Positions 1-10,301 of a DNA stretch of 64,000 bases are shown in pieces. The notes under the pieces were generated by a model that was given only the letters and a program-made list of their open reading frames with translations, made no database searches and was not told the origin of the DNA. Positions within the stretch are counted from its first letter, which is position 1; the number at the start of each line of letters is the position of its first letter. The position numbers and the translations under genes are program-made. Source of the stretch: Acidobacteriota bacterium (GTDB taxonomy: Bacteria > Acidobacteriota > UBA6911 > RPQK01 > JAJDTT01); assembly GCA_965263035.1 (NCBI GenBank), contig OZ253580.1:6016001-6080000 (forward strand). Direction: 5' to 3'.

Positions 1-710
1 GGCTCGGGCGCGGAACCGAAAGGAGCGGGCCATCCAGCAGGCTCTCCGGCTGGCGGAGGGGTTGACGGGAGACCTGGTCCGCGTGGTGTGCGAGACCCGG
101 ATTCAACCTGGGGCTCTCCCGGGCTGCCGGAGGTACCAAGTGGGCAAAACGACACGGCTCGACCGACCTGCCGGCGGTCCCCGCCGACGTAGAGATGATG
201 TCCAAAGGATACGCTTGTGCATGCTGAGCGGGCCGGTCGGGGCGACCCATTGAGCCCCGCAAGGAGGCCCCCGGCGCGTCACGCCTCCGGATCGAGGGCA
301 AACTGGAGACAGCCCCATGAGGCCAGCGGGAGTTCCACCTGCTGGCCCGAGAGTATGTCTTGACCAGCCCGGCGCGGCATCCGAAGGACGACTCCGCTCA
401 CCGGTCGGAGCGGACCCGGAAGATCGGGCGCGACATTGGGCCGAGCCGGTTGACGGACCAGGGAAGGCGTAGTGTGGACTGCGCCGTGCCCCGACGCGAG
501 GTCCTCTTCCATCCTGGCCGAGAAATGTCTTCCCATCTCGCGCCAGCCACATGGGAAGAGAGTCGACGGTCAGTGTAGGAGTTGAGATTTCACCAAATAT
601 TTACCATATCGACCCTTATTTTCATGCTAATTTCACTGATCCCTTGCTATACTCGATTCAGAAAGTGCATTCGGTGTTTTGAGGGAAGTCTTCTAAAAGG
701 AAGAGTGGCC

Positions 711-1034
711 TTGATTTTCGTCATCAGTCAAGGGGCGACGGACTGGAAGCGGTTGTGGCAGAGACTGGCGCGGGTGTGCTGGGCGCCGGGATAGTGGACG
801 GAGGAGGCATCGGGCCCGTGGAAGGGACCGAAACGGTGGGAATATCTCACCGGAAAGTCAACCTGTCGGCGGGTGACGCTCCCCCTGGCCGGCAAACAGT
901 TTAGGACTGGTTCAATCGTCCTGTTTTCGAGCCGATTCAGTCGAATCGACAGAGGTTCAAGAGAAACCCGGCTGCGACCGCACGAAAACGCCGGGTTGGA
1001 AGCCCTTATCAACATGTCCCATGAATAATCTGGG
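711..1034 (+). mobile_element. IS1380-family right-end remnant (last transposase codons plus right IR)
   Basis: Near-identical to 26946-27268, ending in ATGAATAATCTGGG; encodes LIFVISQGATDWK...WAPG*. Confidence 0.9.
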
Positions 1035-1102
1035 TCTAACGGTCCGGAATAGGTTCGATCATTCTTGTTCGATGTGGATTGCTCCCATCTCCGAAGTCGA
1101 AT

Positions 1103-1385
1103 TGTCAATGGCCATTGACAATTGCACACTTTTGGCCACTGAAAATTGCACACATCGCGGGAGCCCCCGTGAAGGGAGCGGAGCGACCCCAACGGGGGCT
1201 CCCGCGGCCGGACTTGGTCCTCTCATGCCCCCTCCCTCCCGCTCCGGCGTCCTGGGCTCTGACCGCTCGCGCGGCGGTCGGATGGATCGCCTTGGAGAGT
1301 TCGGCGTGGCGGCGCAGCCGGTAGCTGTTGCCCCGGATGTTGACGATGTGGCACCGGTGCAGGACCCGGTCCAGAAGCGCCGCCT
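1103..1385 (-). mobile_element. istB: IS21-family remnant: IstB C-terminus plus terminal repeat
   Basis: AALLDRVLHRCHIVNIRGNSYR is the IstB C-terminal motif; the end begins TGTCAATGGCCA with repeated AATTGCACAC units. Confidence 0.8.
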
Positions 1386-1667
1386 CCCCGCGCGCTGCTC
1401 GAATCTCTCCGAGGAGAAGCTGGACCCGGCCGGTAGAAGGAGAGGGCAAATGCAAAACCTGCGAGGGCCGAGGGAGATCCGGCCGAATCTCGCCGGCGGT
1501 GGCTGGCTGGTGGAGTTCAGCCTGGACGGGAAGCCGTTGCGCGCCGTGGTGGTCTCCACGGACGACGAGGCCCACGATGTGGCCCAGGAGTACGTGGACA
1601 CGGGCCAGGATGACAGGGACACCATTGTAGGATGGATAGCGCAGTTCTTCGCCGTACGGAGCACAAC

Positions 1668-2096
1668 ATGTGGGAAAATGATTCGCTGGAATCCCCGATC
1701 GCGCCCCGAGATCCCATTGCTCCGGGTGTTGCCCAGCAACATCCCAGGGGGCGACACGGGAAACGATCCGTCATCGGGTCCACCCTCACCATCAAGGGAG
1801 AGGTGAGCGGAGGGCAGGACCTGCTCATCAAGGGTCGTATCGAAGGGCGATTGTCCTTCACCGGGTACAGCATCACTGTGGGGAAGGAAGGCCGGATCAA
1901 GGCCGACCTGCTCGCCAAGACGATTCAGGTCGACGGTTGTGTGGAAGGGACTCTTCAAGGAGAAGAACGGATCGTCCTGAGTGAAACCGGACGTGTCCGA
2001 GGCAAGCTGATCGCACCTCGAGTCATCCTGGAAGAGGGCTGCAACTTCAAAGGCTCCGTTGACATGGACGCCGGCGCCAAGTCTTCCGCTGAATAA
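1668..2096 (+). CDS. Bactofilin (polymer-forming cytoskeletal protein)
   Basis: SVIGSTLTIKGEVSGGQDLLIKGRIEG...LEEGCNFKGSVDM; GGAG RBS before ATG 1668. Confidence 0.9.
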   Translation: MWENDSLESPIAPRDPIAPGVAQQHPRGRHGKRSVIGSTLTIKGEVSGGQDLLIKGRIEGRLSFTGYSITVGKEGRIKADLLAKTIQVDGCVEGTLQGEERIVLSETGRVRGKLIAPRVILEEGCNFKGSVDMDAGAKSSAE

Positions 2097-2277
2097 CCGG
2101 TTTCACATTCGGGCAGAAGATCTATCCATTCGCCCACCGCCCGGCCTGTGTGGAACGGGCGAGATCCTGCATGGTCCCCACCGGGAAAGTTCCCCCCTCT
2201 TCCTCGTGACCTGGGTCTTCGTGGCGGCGTGGCCGATGGGAGGACACCCCAGAGCCATTTGCTAGACTGCCGAGAGC

Positions 2278-2664
2278 ATGCGACCACTGGAGGGCCAAGC
2301 TCAAGGCCAGATCCAGAACCGCACGGACCCCTTTGGGAATCCCCGAAAACCCCCGATGAGGATGATGGGGCCTCTCTTCCTGCCCTGGCTGCAGGAGATG
2401 ATTCGGGACGAGGAGGTGGCCGTGATCTTCCTGAAGGAGTTCTGGCCCCAGATTGTCGGCGATCGGCTGGCCGCATCGACGGCTCCGCTCCGGCTCCGAA
2501 AGCGCACTCTGGAGATTGGCGTGTCCGGCCACGAATGGGATCGGGTGCTCCGGGAGATGGCTCAGCCCTTGGTGGCCAACGTCAATGCGTTCTGGAATCG
2601 TTCTCTGCTTCGACGCCTGGATTTCCAGGGGGTTTATCCCTGGCCGGAAGATCGCTCCGCGTGA
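2278..2664 (+). CDS. DUF721/DciA-family protein
   Basis: WPQIVGDRLAASTAPLRLRKRTLEIGVSGHEW motif; start uncertain. Confidence 0.75.
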   Translation: MRPLEGQAQGQIQNRTDPFGNPRKPPMRMMGPLFLPWLQEMIRDEEVAVIFLKEFWPQIVGDRLAASTAPLRLRKRTLEIGVSGHEWDRVLREMAQPLVANVNAFWNRSLLRRLDFQGVYPWPEDRSA

Positions 2665-2863
2665 GTCGGTTGGAGCGGGGGTTGCCGTCTGGATCCTGAC
2701 CCGTCTCGTTGAGGTCGGACCAACGCCTTCAGACGGGGAGTCGCTCGGCCATGTTGCCCGGGGCCGAGCTGTCGGCTCGGGGTATTTCTCCCGCGGCGGC
2801 ACTCCGCCATGATCGGAACTACCCAAAACTTGCCCGCACGAGCCGAGAACAGGAGGAATCCCC

Positions 2864-3837
2864 ATGCCGAGAGCGACTTGCAGCGTTGTCATGTTTGTCT
2901 TGGTGACCGCGCCTGCGGCGGGCCAGGAAGTGTGCGAGATTCCCGGCTATCGGGGCTCCCATCCGGTCCGCCAAGTCGCCCTGCAGGCCCCCAACTTCCA
3001 CCGGAGATGACGGTGGACCGTTATCTGCTGCAGGCCGAAGAGTTGATGGCCACACAAGACTACCAGGGGGCCCTCGACAAGATGGACCAGATCCTCGCCC
3101 TGCAAAAAGAGCACAACCTCACGCTGCCGGCGGAGTTCGATTTCCAGTACGCGCAAGGGGCGCTGGGGGCCGGCTCCCTCCCGTCCGCAATGGCGGCGGC
3201 CACCCGGTATTTGGCGGCGGCCGGGAGAGAGGGCGAGTACTACCGGGAGACGCTGAAGTTGCTCAACAAGGTGGAGGCGGTTCAGACGCGGCTGGAGCAG
3301 TATCCGGGGCAGGTCGAACGGCTGATGACCGCCGAGGACTATACGGGCGCCCGCGAGCTGATGGAACAGATTGCGGATCTGGGAAAAGAGCATCAGCTCC
3401 CGTTGCCGAAGGAGTTCCGCTCCCAACAGGCGGGCGTGGTGCGATTGAGTCAAACTTGCGCGGGACAGCCGGTAGGCGCCACCTGCTGGCTGGAACTGGC
3501 CAACCAACCAGGATGCTATTTCTGGGTTCCTTCTCTCATCGCGGCGGACCAGGCTATGACCTGGACAGCCGAGTGTGTCGAAGGCGTGGCTCAGGGATCG
3601 GGAAGCCTCAAGGGGGTCTGGAACAATGGCAAAATTCCATGGAAGGGACCGGTCGCCTGCAGGCGGGCAAGCTGCACGGGCAGTGGGTCGTGCGCTACGC
3701 GGACGGGAACGTCGAGGAAGGGCTTTTTTGTAGAGGGAAATCGGCAGGGGCGGTGGGTCCTGCGCTACGCGGACGGGAGGATGCTCGAGTCCACCTTCCA
3801 AAACGGCAAGCAGGTGGGCAACGCAAAGGAGTTCTGA
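2864..3837 (+). pseudogene. Frameshifted secreted helical-repeat plus MORN-like protein
   Basis: AGGAGG RBS and ATG 2864 are out of frame with the main ORF (shift near 2990). The MORN-like text GKLHGQWVVRYADGNVEEG lies in another frame between ~3632 and ~3725, then NRQGRWVLRYADG resumes. Confidence 0.6.
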
Positions 3838-3925
3838 GGTCCCTGGGCGTGCTCCCGGGGACGCCCCATTCTGTGGCCGGGCATCCGGACGGACGGCCAA
3901 GACAGCGGTTCCGGACCCACGTCCC

Positions 3926-4907
3926 TCAGACGGAGATCCGCTCGACGATGTTGCGGGTGACGCGTCGCCGGCACCGGTCGTAGATCTGCGTGGTGCGGGG
4001 ATGGGAGTGCCCGGCCAGGTACCGGACGTCCTCAAACGGCACGTTCTGGCTCAGCAGATCCGTGACCGCCAGGACCCGGAAGGAGTGGGGCGAGAGGATC
4101 TCCGGCAGCCCGGCCGCCTGGAGCCGGCGCTTGAGCATCCGCCTGACGGCGTGAGGCGAGAAGGGCCGATCGGTAAGGGTGCCGTGCCGGCTCTCTCCGG
4201 CCCGAAACATCACCGACCCCTTGGGCGCGGCGCCGAGCCCGGCCCCCTCGATGTAGGCCGTGAGCCATCGGTCCAGGTCATGGCGCACGGGGATCTCCCG
4301 GGCTTTGCCGCCCTTCTCGGCAAACAGGAGCGAGCGCAGGCTCCTAGTCCCGCAGATCCTGGATCCGGAGCCGGGTGATGGCCCCGACGTGGGCGCCAGT
4401 GTAGATCAGGGTCCCCAAGACCGCCCGGTCCCGAAGTCCGAATACATGGCTGGTATCGATCGAGGCGAGGAGTTGCCGGGCTTGGCGAACCGTCATCTCG
4501 GGGATCTTTCCGTCTCCGAACGGATTCCGGACGCCGCGAACCGACTGAAAGGGATTGAGTACCGCCGCGTGGCGGCGGACGAGGGCGTCGAAGAAGTGGC
4601 GCAATCCGGCCAGAGCCTGGTTCTTGTTGGCGGCCTCGCCGGGGAGCTGCTCGATGAAGCGGCCGGCGGTTCCTGGCGTGACTTGCCGCAGCTCGAGTCC
4701 CTGGGCCTCGCACCAGGAGAGGAACTCGCTGACGGCCCGGGCGTAGGAGCGCCGGGTGTGGGGGCTGGAGATCTGCGCCGAGAAGAACTCATCGGCCGCA
4801 AAGCAGGCGGCTTTCCCGGCGCGCACGAGGATGGCCGGGAAGGCCGTTTGGAGGTGGTTTTTCGCTGGCGTGGCCGACGTTTTCAGGGCGATCTTCTGAT
4901 GACTCAT
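3926..4907 (-). pseudogene. XerC/XerD-like tyrosine recombinase, frameshifted
   Basis: N-part 4907-4344 (GLRDRAVLGTLIYTGAHVGA); C-part EKGGKAREIPVRH...SPHSFR...LAGHSHPRTTQIYD in another frame; stop/frameshift near 4344. Confidence 0.9.
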
Positions 4908-4911
4908 TCTC

Positions 4912-4939
4912 GGGTACGATAATATGCTTTGTCGTACCC
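4912..4939. other. dif-like recombination site A (11-6-11 inverted repeat)
   Basis: GGGTACGATAA tatgct TTGTCGTACCC, 4 bp upstream of the recombinase start codon. Confidence 0.7.
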
Positions 4940-5010
4940 TGCACCACGCCCCTGACTCCCCATTCTCTGCGACGGCCGTGCGCTATTCCATCCCCTTCTG
5001 TCCCCACCCG

Positions 5011-5039
5011 GTGAGCCCATTCCGACGAGAAAATCACCT
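5011..5039 (+). promoter_or_regulatory. Conserved promoter-like motif, copy A
   Basis: GTGAGC-N17-TCACCT. Confidence 0.65.
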
Positions 5040-5139
5040 TTCATTGTGTCGTGAAAGTGAAATCATTTCGGGAAACCAATCGGGGGAACCGGGGACCCGC
5101 TCCGTGGGTCCCCGGTTCCCCAAGACAGGAGGAAGACCT

Positions 5140-5688
5140 ATGAAGCGATGGAGTCAAAATGAAGGAACCCGTCGGCATCTGTGGAACCGGGCCCTCATCC
5201 TGCCGCTGTGCGCTTGCCTGGTGCTCGCCGGCAGTGTGACGCATCCCGTCTGGTCCGCCGGAGCCTCCGAGGACGAGCGGCTGCACGAACTTCTCAGAGG
5301 CAAGAAGATCCATGCGGCCTTCAAGAACTACGGCTTCGTGTCGGGCCAGGTCAAGGAAGTCCAAGAGAACGCCCTGAGAGTCGATGTCACTAAGAGTTTC
5401 AATCTCAGTTTGATTTCGACTGGGGTTCAGGACATCCCCATCGAGCGGATTTCCACCGTGCGCTGGACGGCAGGGTCCAAGAACAGAAAGATTTTCTTCA
5501 CGGTGGGCTTTGCAATCGGAATTGTTGGGGGGCTTTGGCTTACGGGAAGTGGAGCTAATGTACTCGCATTTATGGGAACTACAGCGGGGGGAGGACTACT
5601 TGGGTACTTTGTGGGTTCGAGAATGGACCATAGGAGCATCGACCTTGGGACCCACCGACCGCCGACGGGGCGCCCGCCCAAGAAATAA
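5140..5688 (+). CDS. Secreted small beta-domain (Sm-like?) protein with C-terminal glycine-zipper helices
   Basis: AGGAGG RBS; signal peptide; C-terminal GFAIGIVGG...GGGLLGYFVGSRMD. Confidence 0.75.
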   Translation: MKRWSQNEGTRRHLWNRALILPLCACLVLAGSVTHPVWSAGASEDERLHELLRGKKIHAAFKNYGFVSGQVKEVQENALRVDVTKSFNLSLISTGVQDIPIERISTVRWTAGSKNRKIFFTVGFAIGIVGGLWLTGSGANVLAFMGTTAGGGLLGYFVGSRMDHRSIDLGTHRPPTGRPPKK

Positions 5689-6193
5689 GAGTGCGAGCCA
5701 TAAGCGGCCCCCTGAGCTGGCCGACAACTGGATCACGAGCTGGATGGCCGTCCCCACTGATTCGGCGAGCCAAGTGAAATCGCCCTACCGTACATGAACG
5801 GAAACCACAGCGATGACCTGTCGAGAACAATTCAGAGGGGAACCCGAGTGACCACTGGGCGCGGGCCGGCCGCCGGTGCAGATCGTTTAGGCCGGCAACT
5901 CAACAAGTCGTTTCTTGTCCTGAGTTTTCTCCTGCAGTATTCTTGGTGTCCTGAAGGCGAGCCCGCCAAGTGTAGCAGCACCCGGCAGGCTCTAAGCCAA
6001 CTCGACCTATGCCGGAGGACGAGCCAGCCTGGTAGATATTCTATTCCACCATCCTCCCTGGTTTCATTCCGGCATAGGTCCTCTCATCGGAGTCAGGATC
6101 TTCCGACTGCGGAGAATGAAGGCCTCCAACCCGCGCCAGGTCCACTCCTAATTGGGCACACATGGATCCCGACCCATTCACGAGGGAGAAACC

Positions 6194-8569
6194 ATGACCA
6201 CCTTTGAACACACCGAAGACAACATCGTGTTTCGGTGCCGCTCCGGCTCGTGGGGAGGCCGATTTTTCCGAACGAGCATATTGCAAGACAAACTCGTCTC
6301 TTTCGTTTTGTCCTCGGCAGTGGGGTGCCTCACGGTCGTCTTGCTGCTGGCGGCGGCGCCCCCTTTGCAAGCCTGCGACGATGGTTGGACGGTGCCGGAT
6401 CCCGAGAACAATTCCGGTCTGGTGGAGGACTGTAGAGTCCTTCTGGCTATACGCGATGACTTGGCCGGGACCGGCTTCTTGAACTGGGAGTTTGGTTTGC
6501 CCATCGACCGCTGGGGCGGTATCCGCGTCTCGGCATCTCCCAGCCGCGTGCGGCAGTTGGTCCTGTTTGGAGACGACCTGTCAGGGTCGATCCCGTCGGG
6601 ACTGGGTCGGCTGTCCCAACTGCAGACGTTAAGGCTCCTTAGCCGGCAACTGATGGGGCCGATCCCACCGGAATTGGGACAATTGTCGCATCTGGAGGAG
6701 TTGAGCCTCTCTGGCGACCGGCTGGGAACGATTCCTGCCGAGTTGGGGCAGCTCTCCCGCCTTCGTCGGTTGGGACTCGTCGGCAATCAGCTGACGGGTC
6801 CGATCCCCGCCGAGTTGGGTCAACTGTCCAATCTCCGTCGGTTGCATCTTCAGAACAACGAATTGACAGGCCCAATTCCGGCCGAACTGGGCCAACTATC
6901 TCAGTTGGAGGCGATGTCGCTTGACCACAACAAACTGACGGGTCCGATCCCCGTCGAGTTGGGACAGCTGTCCCAGTTGGGCGAAGGGTTGCATCTCCAG
7001 AACAATCAACTGACGGGGCAGATTCCGGGCGAACTGGGTCGACTGTCTCAACTTTGGGGGGAATTGGATCTACGGAACAACCAGCTAGCGGGTCCGATTC
7101 CCGCCGAGTTGGGTCAACTGTCCCAGCTGACACGCTTGTACCTTCAAGACAACCAGCTGACCGGATCGATCCCGCCGGAACTGGGACAAATGTCCCGGTT
7201 GCTGGAGTTGTATCTCCACAACAACAAACTGACGGGTCCGATTCCCGCCGAACTGGGAAAACTCTCCCGGCTGTGGCGCCTGCACCTGCAGAACAACGAG
7301 TTGACAGGATCGGTTCCGGCCGAACTAGGGCAACTCTCCGAGTTGCAGGAGTTCGGTTTCCGGGGCAATCGGCTGACGGGATCGGTTCCCACCGAGTTGA
7401 GTCATTTGCCCGATGTGTACGTATTGAACTTGCACGCGCGCCGGACCACCCCAGAACAGATTAAGGTCACCTGGGACGATCCGGGTGACCCCAGCACCGA
7501 TTACGAGTACCGGCTCGTGCTGCGGGATGAGAACCTGAACTATACGGTGACAGACTGGACCGAAATTGAAGATCCAGAGGCGACACTGGGTGGGGGCGAA
7601 GGGGTCACCATCGAATGGACTTTGACCAACCTGCCAGCCGAACTCGATGTCGTCTCGGTCCGTTTGAGGGCGAAGAACGAGAACGGTCCAAGTCCGCCAG
7701 CATCGGCTCCAATAGAACCCTTCCAGGTTTCCGAGGATGTGGATCTACCCTACTGCCGTTCGCTGTGGCCGGGACGGGCGCGTTGCACCACCACTACAGT
7801 CCTGCCTCACGTCTTCATGGGCCCTCTCGGCGAGGATGAGGCCCGAGCCGAAATCCTCATTACCAACCGCAGCGGGTTTGTAGCTTGCGACCTGGCGCTG
7901 CTCTTTCACCAGGGAACTTCCGAAGCTCCGCAGGTATTGTTCGACAACGAGCCGCTCGAGGGGAACCTGTTCGAGACCAACCTTTCCAGGGGAGCTGCAC
8001 GGATCCTGACCTTGACGTCGGATTCGGAAGAGCTGGTGGTCGGGGCGGTCTCGGTCTTCGTCCGCGTTCCCTGCTCGATCACCTCGTTCCAGGTTCGGGG
8101 ACGTTACCTCGTAGAAGATCGGATGAGCGGAGATATCCAAGAGCTCTTTTCCGTTTCCGGCCAGTCTCCGCGGGAGTGGCTCGGAAATGGGGATTGTCAA
8201 GTCTTGACCGGAGCCTTCGGCCCGGGACGCAATCTCGGTTTTGCCTCGGTGACGACCGAACCGAATCAGGGTGCTCCGGCGGGGACCCAACTCCATTTCC
8301 AGGCCTTCGATCTGGAGGGGAACCCCATGGACGACCCACCCAGCATGGAGATCACCGGCGCACAGACCGCCTCCTTTCCCTGGAGCTTCCAGGAACCCAC
8401 CATCCTCAAGATGTGCCTGGAGGTTCCGGAGCCGGACAGTCAATTCCAGCTCTCGACCATCGCCATCGGCGTCGTCCAGAAGGGGAACAACGTGCAATGG
8501 AGTGATGAACCCGCCGTCGAAGTCACGCCAGCAGGTCAACCCTCGGGCTGGCCGGACACCCGGCCCTGA
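6194..8569 (+). CDS. Secreted plant-type leucine-rich repeat protein with FN3-like and C-terminal beta domains
   Basis: About a dozen LxxLxLxxNxLTGPIPxELGxL repeats; hydrophobic N-terminal segment; IKVTWDDPG...YEYR. Confidence 0.9.
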   Translation: MTTFEHTEDNIVFRCRSGSWGGRFFRTSILQDKLVSFVLSSAVGCLTVVLLLAAAPPLQACDDGWTVPDPENNSGLVEDCRVLLAIRDDLAGTGFLNWEFGLPIDRWGGIRVSASPSRVRQLVLFGDDLSGSIPSGLGRLSQLQTLRLLSRQLMGPIPPELGQLSHLEELSLSGDRLGTIPAELGQLSRLRRLGLVGNQLTGPIPAELGQLSNLRRLHLQNNELTGPIPAELGQLSQLEAMSLDHNKLTGPIPVELGQLSQLGEGLHLQNNQLTGQIPGELGRLSQLWGELDLRNNQLAGPIPAELGQLSQLTRLYLQDNQLTGSIPPELGQMSRLLELYLHNNKLTGPIPAELGKLSRLWRLHLQNNELTGSVPAELGQLSELQEFGFRGNRLTGSVPTELSHLPDVYVLNLHARRTTPEQIKVTWDDPGDPSTDYEYRLVLRDENLNYTVTDWTEIEDPEATLGGGEGVTIEWTLTNLPAELDVVSVRLRAKNENGPSPPASAPIEPFQVSEDVDLPYCRSLWPGRARCTTTTVLPHVFMGPLGEDEARAEILITNRSGFVACDLALLFHQGTSEAPQVLFDNEPLEGNLFETNLSRGAARILTLTSDSEELVVGAVSVFVRVPCSITSFQVRGRYLVEDRMSGDIQELFSVSGQSPREWLGNGDCQVLTGAFGPGRNLGFASVTTEPNQGAPAGTQLHFQAFDLEGNPMDDPPSMEITGAQTASFPWSFQEPTILKMCLEVPEPDSQFQLSTIAIGVVQKGNNVQWSDEPAVEVTPAGQPSGWPDTRP

Positions 8570-8586
8570 GAGCCACCCCCGACCTG

Positions 8587-8615
8587 GTGAGCCCATTCCA
8601 GCGGAAAAATCACAT
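8587..8615 (+). promoter_or_regulatory. Conserved promoter-like motif, copy B
   Basis: GTGAGC-N17-TCACAT, 44 nt before ATG 8660. Confidence 0.7.
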
Positions 8616-8659
8616 TTACTGCTGCTAGGACGATCCAAACCATGAAGGGGGTACACGCC

Positions 8660-9115
8660 ATGAGAGGTCTGACGATTGAGAGTCAAGGATGGCTCAGGAT
8701 AACCACAGCGATGGGAGTGATCTCCTTGCTGCTAGCGCCAGTCACGACCGACCTATTCTGTGCTCCCCGGACAGAGAAGTTCGGGTCGGCGATTTATCGA
8801 AAAATGGTGTGGAACGAACTTCCCGCCTTTCTCGAAGGAGAAAAGAAGGTCACCATCGTGCTCGCCGAGGGGGGCGCAGTCCGCGGCGACGTGGCCGGGG
8901 TGCCGGACAATGGCATCCATCTCAGTCGCGTTTCAATGACTACCAACGGGTGGCTCTACCCGACGGGTTCGGACGCTTTGATCCCCAGATCCTCGGTCAA
9001 AGAAATACGTGTGGAGAAACGCGGTGGGCTTAATCGCGTCGGGGGTGCTGTTCTGGGCTACCGGATGGGCAAACGCGCGGATGTCGAGACCACCATCATC
9101 ATGATCGTGGACTGA
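8660..9115 (+). CDS. Secreted small beta-domain/glycine-zipper family protein, internally shortened
   Basis: VTIVLAEGGAVR...SVKEIRVEK...GGAVLGYRMGKRADVETTII matches the protein at 63310-63891. Confidence 0.8.
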   Translation: MRGLTIESQGWLRITTAMGVISLLLAPVTTDLFCAPRTEKFGSAIYRKMVWNELPAFLEGEKKVTIVLAEGGAVRGDVAGVPDNGIHLSRVSMTTNGWLYPTGSDALIPRSSVKEIRVEKRGGLNRVGGAVLGYRMGKRADVETTIIMIVD

Positions 9116-9199
9116 TTCCCCAAGGTATCGAGAATAGCTTGGAAGACGACCGCTCGCCGGAACCCCTCAGCAAGCTGAAAATGGCGATCCTCTGGGTAA

Positions 9200-9225
9200 C
9201 GTCTGTTAACTGAAATTAACGGACG
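9200..9225. other. Type-2 palindromic recombination-like site (left copy)
   Basis: CGTCTGTTAA ctgaaa TTAACGGACG. Confidence 0.6.
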
Positions 9226-9464
9226 ATCTCTGGAAAAAGGGAGGATCCCGGGGCGTGCAAATCAGTCGCAAATCTCCCGGAAACACGGTTTAAGAGAATA
9301 CCACCAAGACCCTTCATGAGGGCTCGGGGTACGAAAATTGCACTTTATTGGACTCTGATACCATCCCACAGAGTCGCCGCCGCAGTTGAGATGATCCAGC
9401 ACGAGGCGGATTCTGTCCTGGCCCATGACTCCGGGAAGGGATAAAGTGGGGAGGGAGAGAACGC

Positions 9465-9749
9465 ATGTCCAACGAACAACTCCTGACCATCGTCGCTTCC
9501 ATTGCGAGCGCCACCATCGCTCTCGGTGGTCTCATCCTGGCCCAATCACGCACGATCCGTTCTGAGCTTCGAGAAGCGGCTCGGGAACGCGCTGCTCTCC
9601 GGGACCGCATGGATACCCAGATCGGAGATCTCCGGGACCGCATGGATACTCAGATCGGAGATCTCCGGGACCGCATGGGGCGGATCGAGGGAACGCTCGA
9701 CGTGCTCCGGGAGTTCTTCGTGGGGTCCGGCCGCGGCACCGCCGCTTGA
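9465..9749 (+). CDS. Small membrane-anchored coiled-coil protein with 11-aa tandem repeat
   Basis: N-terminal TM segment; LRDRMDTQIGD repeats; GGAG RBS. Confidence 0.75.
   Translation: MSNEQLLTIVASIASATIALGGLILAQSRTIRSELREAARERAALRDRMDTQIGDLRDRMDTQIGDLRDRMGRIEGTLDVLREFFVGSGRGTAA
9597..9678 (+). repeat. 33-bp tandem repeat (about 2.5 copies)
   Basis: CTCCGGGACCGCATGGATAC(C/T)CAGATCGGAGAT x2 plus a partial copy. Confidence 0.9.
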
Positions 9750-9938
9750 CCCGTCCTTGCACCTTGCACAACACGCGTGTTCATGTCGACCACGCGTTAT
9801 AGACCTTCTGCAATTCTTCGATCCAACACTTATCCTCATCGATCGTATCGCGTCCCCGCGACCGGGCTAGGAAATTGATCTACTGCGAAAGCGGTAGAAT
9901 CGGTCCATATTCCCCCGATTTCTCGGCGAATAGAACAA

Positions 9939-10301
9939 CTATGCACCTCCAAATCGAGAAAATCTGGCCTCGATTCCCCACTTTCTCGCTACGATCATTT
10001 CTACCGCGCAGACTCCTAGCGTGAAGAAACCGGGTCCGGGTATCCGGTCACCCTTGTGCACGACCACGGCGGTGAGCATCCCTCGTCCTGCTTCATCCTC
10101 TTCAGTCGAGATATCCCCGAGCATCCGCGCCAAGCGGGGGTCATGGGGTTCGAGAATGCAACTCGTAATGCTGTGCACGAGGTCTGAATAAGCAATCGTG
10201 TCCCGCTGGCGGGACACGGCAATCATGGCTTTGCGGGCTTCTTCCTTGGCGGCGTTCCAGGCGATTTGAGTAAATCCGTGATTGAAGGTTTCACGCTTCA
10301 T
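9939..10301 (-). CDS. Hypothetical protein coupled to the methyltransferase gene
   Basis: ATGA overlap with the MTase stop; TIAYSDL...GMLTAVVV...PGPGFF. Confidence 0.6.
   Translation of the reverse strand: MKRETFNHGFTQIAWNAAKEEARKAMIAVSRQRDTIAYSDLVHSITSCILEPHDPRLARMLGDISTEEDEAGRGMLTAVVVHKGDRIPGPGFFTLGVCAVEMIVARKWGIEARFSRFGGA

Noticed and set aside
1-580. Short ORFs and a weak resemblance to the motif spacer near 510-531
   Set aside because: No recognisable protein; the GTGAGC and TCACAT boxes are absent
1021-1806. 261-aa ORF
   Set aside because: Runs antisense through the IS21 remnant and overlaps bactofilin; at most a small relic from 1450
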